From the NCBI GenBank assembly GCA_945877135.1, contig CAMCQY010000005.1, forward strand, positions 1 to 60,922: a DNA stretch of 60,922 nucleotides, given 5' to 3'. The DNA comes from Candidatus Kuenenia stuttgartensis (GTDB taxonomy: Bacteria; Planctomycetota; Planctomycetia; Pirellulales; UBA1268). Both the position numbers and the translations under genes were made by a program. The notes beneath the pieces are model-generated. The model saw only the letters and a list, made by a program, of their open reading frames with translations. It did no database searches and was not told the origin of the DNA. The first letter of the stretch is position 1. Every line of letters begins with the position of its first letter. Below are positions 29,477 to 38,025 of this stretch, piece after piece.

Positions 29477-30346
29477 CTAGCGGTGAAAACGGTCGTAGAC
29501 AGCGGCCAGCCCCACAGGCTCGATCCGCACCTCTTCCAGCGGGAGCGTCGCCAGCCAGCCCAGCAGCGGCGCCAGCGAGTCACCTGCCTCGAGGACCACC
29601 GTGCCGTCGCGTTGCTCCGCGATCGTCACGCTCTCGGCCAATTCCGGAGGAATCGTCCCGAGCGGTCCGGTGAGCTGGGCACGGATGCGATGGCAGCGGC
29701 GGAGATGCTCGAGCGACTGTTCGTGGACGACACGCCCGGCCCGCACGATGGCGACATTGTCGCAGGTGTCTTCCACCTCGGAGAGCACGTGCGACGAAAA
29801 GATGACCGTGCGGCCGGCGGCGCGGGCCTCGAGCACGAGTTCCAGCACCTCGGCCCGGGCCGTCGGGTCGAGATTCGCTGTCGGCTCGTCGAGGATCACC
29901 AGCGGTGTCTCCATCGCAAGCACCACCGCCAGCGCCAGTTTCTGTCGCATCCCTGTACTCATGCGGGCCACCTGACGCGAGCAATCGAGATCGAGCCGCC
30001 GGGCCACACCGGCTGCCACGTCGCGGCGGCATCCGGGCCGCAGGCTGGCGAAGAAGTCGAGCACGCGATGGCCGTCCATGCGGCGAAAGAGCCTGGCCTC
30101 GCCGGGCAGGTAGGCCGTACGGGCCCGCACCTCAAGCGATTCCCTGACGCAGTCGAAGCCGGCCACCGTCGCGGTGCCCGACGTGGGCGTGATGTAGCCC
30201 ATCAGGAGTCGCAGCAGCGTCGTCTTGCCGGCACCGTTGGGCCCGAGCAGCCCAAAGATCGCACCGTCCGGTACCGACAGCGAACAGCCGTCGAGCGCGG
30301 TGAAACTGCCGTAGCGTTTCGTGAGGTGTGCGGTGCGAACGATCAT
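29477..30346 (-). CDS. ABC transporter ATP-binding protein
   Basis: GPNGAGKTT, MSTGMRQK, ILDEPT, SSH. Confidence 0.93.
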   Translation of the reverse strand: MIVRTAHLTKRYGSFTALDGCSLSVPDGAIFGLLGPNGAGKTTLLRLLMGYITPTSGTATVAGFDCVRESLEVRARTAYLPGEARLFRRMDGHRVLDFFASLRPGCRRDVAAGVARRLDLDCSRQVARMSTGMRQKLALAVVLAMETPLVILDEPTANLDPTARAEVLELVLEARAAGRTVIFSSHVLSEVEDTCDNVAIVRAGRVVHEQSLEHLRRCHRIRAQLTGPLGTIPPELAESVTIAEQRDGTVVLEAGDSLAPLLGWLATLPLEEVRIEPVGLAAVYDRFHR

Positions 30347-30365
30347 TGAAGAGTCACTCCCAAAA

Positions 30366-30424
30366 GGTGCCAGCCACCAAAACTGGAGACGATGTCACAT
30401 TGCCCAAATTTGGTGGCTGGCACC
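30366..30424. repeat. Perfect 16-bp inverted repeat (REP-like or bidirectional terminator)
   Basis: GGTGCCAGCCACCAAA (30366-30381) / TTTGGTGGCTGGCACC (30409-30424), 27-nt loop, A-run before and T-runs after. Confidence 0.8.
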
Positions 30425-30436
30425 ATTTTCCTTTTT

Positions 30437-31291
30437 TCAGGCAGGTCGGAAATAATAGGCGGCCAACGCGAATCCGATGAGGGCCACGCAGCGGCGCACG
30501 AACGGGGCCGGCAGGCGACGGACAACGCTCGCGCCGGCGATGCTGCCAAGCACCGCAGTCACCGCCATGGTAGCGGCATGCCCCCACGACACATCATGCG
30601 ATCCAAAGAACGAGCCCACCGCAAAGAGTGCGGCCGCGGTCCCGTTGATCGCCGTTGCAAGTACATTTTTCACCGCATTGAGCCTGTGAATGTCCCCGAG
30701 CCCGAGCACCCCCAGCACGGCCAGCATCAGGATGCCGATCCCAGCGCCAAAATAGCCACCATAGACCGCCACGAAGAACTGAAGGACGCAGGTGAGCAGG
30801 AGCCGCGACGCGGCCGGAGCCACTCCGGCGTCGCCTGTGGGCAATGATGACGCCATGGTGGCTGACGCACGCGAGGCACGCATGCCAAGCCGTGAGAGTT
30901 GTGGCTGCAGGGCGAAGACGATCGCCGCCGTGAGAATCAGCCAGGGCACGCAGGCGGCGAACCACTGTGGCGGAAGCACCTGCACGAGGACCGCCCCCAC
31001 CGCAGCCCCCGCCACGCTGGGCACCAGCAGCCACACCGCCCACGGCGGCTGGCCGACGCGTTCTCCCCGATAGATCCACGCCGCCGCGAGCGAGCCCGGC
31101 CAGAGTCCGATCGTGCTGGTGGCGTTGGCGATCACCAGCCGCGCCGGGCCTGCCGGCAGGATCGCCCCCAGCACGGGAAACGTGAGGATGGTGCCACCGC
31201 CTGCGACGGCATTCACCGCGCCAGCCACGAACGATACGGCAGCCAGAGCGGCAAGGCCCGGCCACGGGCCGGAGGTGAGGATGTCGTTCAT
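30437..31291 (-). CDS. TSUP / TauE-SafE family transporter
   Basis: NAVAGGG..LTFP, ANAT, YGGYFGAG.G, NAVKN. Confidence 0.9.
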   Translation of the reverse strand: MNDILTSGPWPGLAALAAVSFVAGAVNAVAGGGTILTFPVLGAILPAGPARLVIANATSTIGLWPGSLAAAWIYRGERVGQPPWAVWLLVPSVAGAAVGAVLVQVLPPQWFAACVPWLILTAAIVFALQPQLSRLGMRASRASATMASSLPTGDAGVAPAASRLLLTCVLQFFVAVYGGYFGAGIGILMLAVLGVLGLGDIHRLNAVKNVLATAINGTAAALFAVGSFFGSHDVSWGHAATMAVTAVLGSIAGASVVRRLPAPFVRRCVALIGFALAAYYFRPA

Positions 31292-31341
31292 GGCATCAAG
31301 GAGATAGGGTCACGGAGCGGAGCAGGTTTTCCGGTGCCGGT

Positions 31342-34300
31342 CTATTTGGGACGAGGCAATGCCGGATTGAGAGGGCCACGAGCCTGCGGCGCCGGCGCAG
31401 CAGGCGGTGCCGCGTCAGGCCGAGGCCCGGCCGCGGGCGGCGCAGCTGGTTGATTGGCCACTCCGGGCGGCTGGGCCGGCTTCGCCTGCTGAGCCGGACC
31501 CGCTGGTGGTGGATCGTCGTAGTGGCCCGCGCCGCAATCGACGAGCAGATAACCGGCCCAGAGAAAAGGATGCCGCGCATCGGGCAGCACGGCCTGGGGC
31601 GACTGCTTCAGTCGCGGTTCGCGGCCCACATCTGGCTGTTCCGCCGTGGCCACCTCGACCGCCCGCCGCCAACTCTCCGCCGCGGGCGGACCTGCGTCTT
31701 CGGCTTCGGCTTCTAAGGCGGAGCGATCCCGGAGAAATTCCTCCACGAGATCGACGCTGGTTTTCCCACCCATCCGCCAGCGGCTCACCAGCGCCGTGCG
31801 GCCGCCAGCCGCCACCAGATCGGTGACGGCCAGAAAAACCTCCTCGCCCGGCCGCGTTGGCGGTTTTGACAATCCTCCGGTCATGGCCGATTGGAATCCT
31901 GGCAGCACGATGCACCGCGGCCGCTTACTGGGAGAACCGAGCCAGTCGCCAAAAGTCATGGCCGCCCTGCCACCCTGCATGGAAAACAGAGGCCGCGCAG
32001 CCAACGGGCCATCCCCCGACAATTCGTCAACGACGACGAGCGTGTCGAGGAGCGATGCCACCAGCGGCATCGGCGCTGCTGGCCCGGGGGCCGGCAGCAT
32101 GACCGCGCGCTCGATCGAGCCAGTGAGCTGCTGGCCCCACTCCTGCGCGACCGCGGGCTTGTCGCCGCGAGACAGTCGGCCGGCGTAGATCCCCACGGGA
32201 CCGCCTGTCCGCGGAGTCTCGAACCGCAGCACCGCCAGGCTCCGCGTCGGACAGTATCGGATGCGACAGACATCGCGAAGACGCTGCGACTCCGGCTGCT
32301 CGTCGTCAGGGCGTGCCGACCCCACAGGCAGGAGTTCGAACGGCAGATACCAGAGCATGCCGTCGGGCACGATCACGAGTTCGTCGATACCTTCGGCCAG
32401 TTCGACCTTCGAGTTTTCGAAGAGCAGCCGTTCGATCCGCTCGGCAGGTGCCTGCCAGTCGCTCGCCAGCAGCCGATCGGTCGGCACCGGAGCGATCGGA
32501 TCAAAGAGGCACAGGCTTTTGGCGAGCGCGGCAATCTCCTTGGCGACCGCCGCCGGCTGCCGCACCTGCCACGTGGCGACGCGATCGTGCGATTCCAAGG
32601 CCGCCTGGAGTCCGACGGAGTTCCAGTGAAACGACAGAATCAACTGTTTTGGAGCGAGACGTCGCCGGATCTCCGTCGCTTGCGTGAGGGGAGGCATGTC
32701 GAGTGGCGGAGCCTCACGGCCCGCGGAAATCTTTGCGACCAATTGTCGGCCGCGGTCTGCGAGCCGCTGGTATTCCCGCCACGCTGCCGCGTCGCCGGGC
32801 AACTGCTGGCGTGGCCCGGCTTCGTCTGCAATGCCCGCCTGTTGGCCGGCGACCGCCAGCAGGCTGGCCGTGAGCGGCGTCCGCACCTTGGTGATCGAGT
32901 CGAGCACGGCTGAGAGTTCGGGCTGCCGGGCCAGCATGGCCGCCCGTCGTGCCGCTTCGGCCCGCGGCAGCCGCTCCGGGTCTGAGCCGAGCAGAAATTC
33001 GACCGCTGACCGGCGGCCCCCGAACGGTTGGTTGACCAGCCAGCGACTGCGAACGGCGGCCTCGGCCGCATTGAGCACGGCGTCGCTCCCACGGCGCGAC
33101 GCCGCAACACTCCATGCCTCGAAGGCTTCGGTTCGCGGCGAACTGAGCCTGGCGAGCGCACCGAGTGGATCGACGGCGGTATCACGCGGTGAGGGATCGC
33201 CAAGCAACTTCGCGAACAGCAGATCGGCCTGCCGATCGGAGATGCCGCCGAAGCCAGCCATCAGCATCTCCACCAGCCGCGATGCCTGAAAGAGGGTTGG
33301 GTCGCGCCGCCGGGCGATCGTCACCGCACGACCGAGTTCCCGGTCGCCGCCCGCCACGTCGCCGGCATCGTAGGCGGTCAGTGCCATGGCGTAGGCCTGC
33401 TGCCCGCCGGCCTGTCCGCGGCCCGGATCGGCCCGCATCAGGCGGCCGTCGATCTCGGCCAGCGTGGCAGCCGCCGCCTGGGCGTCGCCCGCTACGGCCA
33501 GGAACTCGGCCTCGAGGCCGAGGAGGGTTGCCCGCAGCACCGGGAGGGTGGTCCGCGACCATTCCGCGCCGCCGCGGATCGACGGCGGCACACCCCGTGT
33601 GCCCGCGGCAAGATGGGCCGTGGCCGCCAATCGAAATGCCTCCTCGAGCGCCCGGGCGTCGCCGTAGTCGGCGGCGGTGTAGGTGGCTTCTTCGAAGTAG
33701 CGGGCGGCCACCGCCGGCTGGTCGCCGTCGAGAGCAATGCGGCCCAGCACGATCAGTCCCCATGATGTGAGCTGGTGGTCGAACTGATTCCCAACCATCA
33801 GGCCCCGGGTGAGCAGCGGCTGCGCCTGGTCTGCCTTGCCCTGCGACCAGAGCGCCGTGCCGAGCGCGATGTCGATCCATGACTGGGAATAATGGTTGGG
33901 TGGGGCGGGCCGCCGCAGCAGGGCCTTGGTCGCCTCGTCGAGGGCGGCGCCTTCGCGGGCGAGTTCACCGAGGATCACGCCGCGGCGGTAGATCGCGATC
34001 ACCAGCGCCCGCATGATCTCCTGCGGTCGGATGGGGTAGTTGACTGGCGGCGCCAGCACGCCCCCTTTCTTCAGCACCTCGTTTGGATCGGCTCCCCCGA
34101 GACGGATCGAGATCGTGCCGGGAATACCCGCGGGCGAGCTGTTCCGCTGGCTGCGACCCCAGGTTGCCACCCGCTGCTGCATGAGCGGCCGCGGACCCTG
34201 CGCTGGAAACTGCACGGCCAGCAGCCACTCGGCATGGGCGGCTGAAACCAGGAGAGCCTCATCGTAGGCAGCGACCGCTTCCCGCAGACTGCCCAGTTCG

Positions 34301-34608
34301 TAGTGGCATTCACCGACGGCGGCGGCTGATGCGATCGAATCGATCCACCGCTGCGGCCCGGCGCGGATGCCCCCCCGGTGGTCACGGACGGCGATTTCCA
34401 AGCCACGGCTGGAATCGCCAGCGGCGAGCGCCGTCAGCGCGAGATCAAATCCCGGCGATGGCACCGCCTGACCGCCCGGCATGCCAAACCCTGGATCGAG
34501 CACGACCTGCGCCTCGAGCCTGGCTGCAGACACCCCCCCGACCACGGCCATTGTCAGGGCCGAGATCCAGCGCATGATCCAGCGCGGGTGGGGGAAATGG
34601 TGGCTCAT
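31342..34608 (-). CDS. Secreted TPR + CHAT-like domain protein
   Basis: Signal-like N-terminus, helical repeats, IVPDG.LWYLPFELL, AG..TALVSRW, HPFLWAGY; start uncertain (34608 or 34575). Confidence 0.75.
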   Translation of the reverse strand: MSHHFPHPRWIMRWISALTMAVVGGVSAARLEAQVVLDPGFGMPGGQAVPSPGFDLALTALAAGDSSRGLEIAVRDHRGGIRAGPQRWIDSIASAAAVGECHYELGSLREAVAAYDEALLVSAAHAEWLLAVQFPAQGPRPLMQQRVATWGRSQRNSSPAGIPGTISIRLGGADPNEVLKKGGVLAPPVNYPIRPQEIMRALVIAIYRRGVILGELAREGAALDEATKALLRRPAPPNHYSQSWIDIALGTALWSQGKADQAQPLLTRGLMVGNQFDHQLTSWGLIVLGRIALDGDQPAVAARYFEEATYTAADYGDARALEEAFRLAATAHLAAGTRGVPPSIRGGAEWSRTTLPVLRATLLGLEAEFLAVAGDAQAAAATLAEIDGRLMRADPGRGQAGGQQAYAMALTAYDAGDVAGGDRELGRAVTIARRRDPTLFQASRLVEMLMAGFGGISDRQADLLFAKLLGDPSPRDTAVDPLGALARLSSPRTEAFEAWSVAASRRGSDAVLNAAEAAVRSRWLVNQPFGGRRSAVEFLLGSDPERLPRAEAARRAAMLARQPELSAVLDSITKVRTPLTASLLAVAGQQAGIADEAGPRQQLPGDAAAWREYQRLADRGRQLVAKISAGREAPPLDMPPLTQATEIRRRLAPKQLILSFHWNSVGLQAALESHDRVATWQVRQPAAVAKEIAALAKSLCLFDPIAPVPTDRLLASDWQAPAERIERLLFENSKVELAEGIDELVIVPDGMLWYLPFELLPVGSARPDDEQPESQRLRDVCRIRYCPTRSLAVLRFETPRTGGPVGIYAGRLSRGDKPAVAQEWGQQLTGSIERAVMLPAPGPAAPMPLVASLLDTLVVVDELSGDGPLAARPLFSMQGGRAAMTFGDWLGSPSKRPRCIVLPGFQSAMTGGLSKPPTRPGEEVFLAVTDLVAAGGRTALVSRWRMGGKTSVDLVEEFLRDRSALEAEAEDAGPPAAESWRRAVEVATAEQPDVGREPRLKQSPQAVLPDARHPFLWAGYLLVDCGAGHYDDPPPAGPAQQAKPAQPPGVANQPAAPPAAGPRPDAAPPAAPAPQARGPLNPALPRPK

Positions 34609-34853
34609 GATCCCGTGTTGTAGCAGGAACGGTGAAAAGAACGGCTCCACGCCGCCACCGGCCTGGTGCCTGGCTTCTGTGAGTCTGGGCAATTGAGGCA
34701 ACGGCCGTGTCAGGCTGCGCATGCCGAACATCGGGTTCGTGACGGTTGTTGAAAGTTTACCGATTGAATCGGCCGATAGTCCCTTCGTCGGTCATCCAGC
34801 AACAGTCGCGGTTCCTACCAACGCACTTCAGCGCCTTCGCCGGGAAGAAACCC

Positions 34854-35132
34854 ATGAGCACCAGAGCATTCGCCTCGCGTCGCCTTCAGACTGCCATCCG
34901 TGCTGGTCTGCTGTTCCTCGCCGTCGGCGGCGTGTCGCTCACGGGCTGCCAGGTCGACGTGGGCGGGCAGACGCTGCCGAGTGCCTACTACCTGCAGGAC
35001 GACATCCAATACTTCCCGGCCGGCCCCGAGTTCAAACTCTCGAAGGAAGCCGCGGCCCTCAAGGCCTACAAGAAAGAACTGGGCGAATGCCCGGACGGCT
35101 GCGGCGGCGGCGGCTGCAGTTCTTGCAAGTAG
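34854..35132 (+). CDS. Small lipoprotein with Cys-rich tail
   Basis: Lipobox LTGC; GGQTLPS.YYL.DD.QYFP.GPEF; C-terminal CPDGCGGGGCSSCK. Confidence 0.8.
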   Translation: MSTRAFASRRLQTAIRAGLLFLAVGGVSLTGCQVDVGGQTLPSAYYLQDDIQYFPAGPEFKLSKEAAALKAYKKELGECPDGCGGGGCSSCK

Positions 35133-35184
35133 GCCGTCGGCTGGCTTCCTGCCTCGACTCAACTTCCCGCGGCGGCCCTTTTTT
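35132..35184 (+). terminator. Possible intrinsic terminator after lipoprotein gene
   Basis: GGCCGTCG / CGGCGGCC stem with long loop followed by T6. Confidence 0.3.
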
Positions 35185-35237
35185 CTGCGTGCAGCACGCC
35201 TGGCCTGCACCTTGGCGCCCCGGTTCCCACCGGATGG

Positions 35238-35265
35238 TTGACCTTTCGAAGGCGACCGTTAGAAT
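35238..35265 (+). promoter_or_regulatory. Sigma70-type promoter for mraZ
   Basis: TTGACC-N16-TAGAAT. Confidence 0.65.
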
Positions 35266-35273
35266 CCGGCTCC

Positions 35274-35331
35274 GTGGGAATGAAACCCAATAATTGCCAA
35301 TAGGCTGTTTTTTTGTGGGTTTCTCACCCAA
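35274..35331. promoter_or_regulatory. Two GTGGG-N7-CCCAA palindromic operator-like sites
   Basis: 35274-35290 and 35315-35331, just downstream of predicted +1. Confidence 0.5.
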
Positions 35332-35410
35332 AGCGAATGGAATCGCCCCGATAAGCAACCACCGGCTGATCGGGTTTTCCACGGAGTCTTGCAGACCGTG
35401 ACCGTCGCGT

Positions 35411-35896
35411 ATGAACACTTCCGCGGACCTGCTGATCGGCGAGTTTTCCCGTACGCTCGACGACCGCTTCCGGCTGTCGCTGCCACCGGAATTAACCGGC
35501 CCGCTGACGGCGTCGGGCTCCCGGATGGTGCTCGCCAAGGAACGTGCCGGCTGCCTGTCACTCTGGCCGGCGGCCATCTGGAAGCCGCGGATCGATGCCG
35601 CGGTCGATGTCGTCCGCAGCAAACTCCAGGCGGGCCTGCTCACGCAACGGGTGGGGCAACTTCAGGATCTCGGGCGGCTGCTCTCGACCCGTCACAAGGC
35701 TGTGACGCTGGCGGAACGCGGCCGACTCGTGGTGCCGGAGGGCTTTCGCGAATTCCTGGCGGTCGAGCCTGGGGCCGACCTGCTGGTGGTGGGCGCTGCG
35801 GTGTGCGTGGAACTGTGGCAGCCGGCGGCGTGGACCGCCTTCGTTACGGCCGAGATGCCGGAGTTTCGTCGTCGCATCGACGAACTGACGACCTGA
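35411..35896 (+). CDS. mraZ: MraZ-family transcriptional regulator
   Basis: GEF..TLDDRFRLSLP and RGRLVVP..FREFL...VVG...VELW: two AbrB-like MraZ repeats. Confidence 0.82.
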   Translation: MNTSADLLIGEFSRTLDDRFRLSLPPELTGPLTASGSRMVLAKERAGCLSLWPAAIWKPRIDAAVDVVRSKLQAGLLTQRVGQLQDLGRLLSTRHKAVTLAERGRLVVPEGFREFLAVEPGADLLVVGAAVCVELWQPAAWTAFVTAEMPEFRRRIDELTT

Positions 35897-36091
35897 CCAA
35901 CGGAAATGAACGATCGAACTGCACGATCAGCGGACCAAGGGATGAACTCCTGATGATCTTTGGCCATGCCCGGGTGAGAGGAAGCGGTTTTTAACCTGGC
36001 GGAACCATCCGGTCAGGAAACTCGACAACCACGGAGCGGGCCCCACAGCACGGATGCTGCCAAGGGACCTCCCCCGGGCATGGCCCTTTTT
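35897..36091 (+). ncRNA. Putative GGA-rich structured RNA (CsrB/Rsm-like) in mraZ 3' region
   Basis: 9 GGA (5 ANGGA) in 168 nt; perfect 13-bp closing stem 35962-35974/36073-36085 followed by T5; CAGCA-CGGA-TGCTG hairpin. Confidence 0.45.
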
Positions 36092-36142
36092 GAACGACCA
36101 TGGCAACGCGAGCGAAGTGCTCGCGGAGACCACCGCACGGGT

Positions 36143-36212
36143 TCCCTCGCTTGCGCTTCGGGCTTGCATGGGATTTGGGCCGTTCATCCAAGCCCGCGGC
36201 GCAAGCGAGGGA
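36143..36212. repeat. REP-like inverted repeat pair
   Basis: TCCCTCGCTTGCGCTTCGGGCTTGCATG (36143-36170) vs 36185-36212, 25/28 complementary; resembles the planctomycete AGCCCGAAGCGCAAGCGAGG repeat (from recall). Confidence 0.75.
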
Positions 36213-36231
36213 TATGCGGTCGGCGGGCACC

Positions 36232-37386
36232 TCACTCCAGTGGATTGACGCGGGTGGCCAGCGGCCAGGTCACACGGGCACCGGATACCGCCGACGCATA
36301 GACCGCCGTCGTCATCTCGAGCACGGTTCGCCCGGCATACATGCCGGTCTCCGGCTCACGATCCTCCGCGATCGCATCGAAGAGATCCGCCGCGGCGAAT
36401 CGTCCCCAGCCGGCCCGCTCCGCCGCACGGTCGACTTCGCTCGCATTCACGGGCGGTGACTCGACCCCCTCGGCACCGATTGGCTTCCAGGGAAAATCCT
36501 TGTCAACCCGCCACAGCGGTGCTTCTCGAAGGTAGGCCTGCGGCACGTGGTCCGGCCTGATGTGGATCGCGCCCTTCGTGCCGACGACGGTGAGCCCGAA
36601 GTTTGGCTGCTTCAGGCCTGCGTCGCGAGTGCTCGCGAAGAAGCCGGTCGGACCGTCTGCCAGACCGAACATCGCGGTGATGGAGTCGCCGGCGATCGGG
36701 CCGATGCCCTCGGGCCCGTCCGTGGCATCGGCACGGGCGATCGGCCGTCCGCCCTGCGAGACGGCGGCCTCGCACCACTGCGGCGCGCCCCCCAGATCGA
36801 CCATCATGTCGAGGATGTGGCAGCCAAGCACGATCAGATCCTCGCCACCACCCCGCGCATCCTCCTTGCCGCGGCCGCGGAGTTCGAGCACCTTTCCGAT
36901 CCGTCCATCCTCGATGAGGTCGCGGGCCGCCGCGTAGGCGGGCGCGTGCCTGTTGACGTAGGCCAGCGAGAGCTTGGTGTTCGACTTCGTGCAGGCCGCG
37001 ATCACAGCCTCCGCCTCCGCGAGCGTGCGGACGAACGGCTTCTCCATAAAGATGCCCTTCACGCCGGCCTCCGCGGCCGCGATCGCCATCTCCGCATGGC
37101 AGTCGATATGCCGCATGCAGATCGCAACGATGTCGGGCTTTGCCGCCGCGAGTATCGCCTTCCAGTCTCGATGCGCGACTCCCGGCCGTGATGCGTCGAG
37201 CTTGTTCCGCTCGATCGCCTTGGCGAGCCCTTCCTCGGATTCATCCGCCACGGCGACGAGTTCCGCTCCCTCGATACCGCCCCAGAGCTGGTCGATCGCG
37301 TGGCCCCAGTCGCCCCGGCCCGTCCGACCGATCGCCACCACCCGCAGTGGCGCCATCCTGAATCGATTCATCGTCGTTCTCCTCAT
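36232..37386 (-). CDS. Gfo/Idh/MocA family oxidoreductase
   Basis: LVAVAD, H.E...AA.E.G..GIFMEKP, GKEDARGGGEDL..LGCH. Confidence 0.9.
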   Translation of the reverse strand: MRRTTMNRFRMAPLRVVAIGRTGRGDWGHAIDQLWGGIEGAELVAVADESEEGLAKAIERNKLDASRPGVAHRDWKAILAAAKPDIVAICMRHIDCHAEMAIAAAEAGVKGIFMEKPFVRTLAEAEAVIAACTKSNTKLSLAYVNRHAPAYAAARDLIEDGRIGKVLELRGRGKEDARGGGEDLIVLGCHILDMMVDLGGAPQWCEAAVSQGGRPIARADATDGPEGIGPIAGDSITAMFGLADGPTGFFASTRDAGLKQPNFGLTVVGTKGAIHIRPDHVPQAYLREAPLWRVDKDFPWKPIGAEGVESPPVNASEVDRAAERAGWGRFAAADLFDAIAEDREPETGMYAGRTVLEMTTAVYASAVSGARVTWPLATRVNPLE

Positions 37387-37421
37387 GAAGATCGTTCGGT
37401 CTTCCCATCATTCCATTCGCG

Positions 37422-38009
37422 TTACTGACGCATCGCCTTCGTCACGCCGTCGAGAAACATCTGCACGGCCGATGCCACCAGCACCATGCCCATCAGACGC
37501 TCGATCGCCGTGATCCCCTTCTCGCCGAGAAAGCGGCTGAGCGTCGCGCCGAGCAGCAGGATCACCGCTGAGGCCAGCCACGCGAGCGACACGGCCAGCA
37601 GCCAGGCAGTATGCCGCCCCGGATCCCGACTGGTCATCAGCAGCACCGTCGCCAACGCCGACGGACCGGCAATGTAGGGGATGGCGAGCGGCACCACGAA
37701 GGGCTCGCCATCGACGGGCTCCCCCAGACTGCCGTGCGCCTCTGGAAAGACCATTTTGATCGCGATCAGGAAAAGCACGATCCCACCGGCCATCGTCAGA
37801 GCGGGCTCCGAGATGCCGAGCACCGAGAGCAGCGGCCGGCCCGCGTAGAGAAACGCGACCAAAAGGCCATAGGCGATGAGCATTTCGCGGCCCACGACCC
37901 ACAGCCGGCGGGTCGGATCGACGGACTTGAGCGCGGCCAGAAAAAGCGGGATGTTCCCGATCGGGTCCATCACGAAAAACAGCAGGATTGCGGCGGAGAA
38001 GGTGGTCAT
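37422..38009 (-). CDS. MarC family membrane protein (YhgN-like)
   Basis: VMDPIGNIP.F, AGGIVLFLIA, VVPLAIP.IAGP, ERLMG; start trimmed to ATG 38009. Confidence 0.92.
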   Translation of the reverse strand: MTTFSAAILLFFVMDPIGNIPLFLAALKSVDPTRRLWVVGREMLIAYGLLVAFLYAGRPLLSVLGISEPALTMAGGIVLFLIAIKMVFPEAHGSLGEPVDGEPFVVPLAIPYIAGPSALATVLLMTSRDPGRHTAWLLAVSLAWLASAVILLLGATLSRFLGEKGITAIERLMGMVLVASAVQMFLDGVTKAMRQ

Positions 38010-38025
38010 TGTTATGATCGTAGCA
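38010..38025. promoter_or_regulatory. Overlapping bidirectional extended -10 promoters
   Basis: + strand TGtTATGAT (38010-38018) 6 nt before ATG 38025; - strand TGcTACGAT (38025-38017) 7 nt before ATG 38009. Confidence 0.6.
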
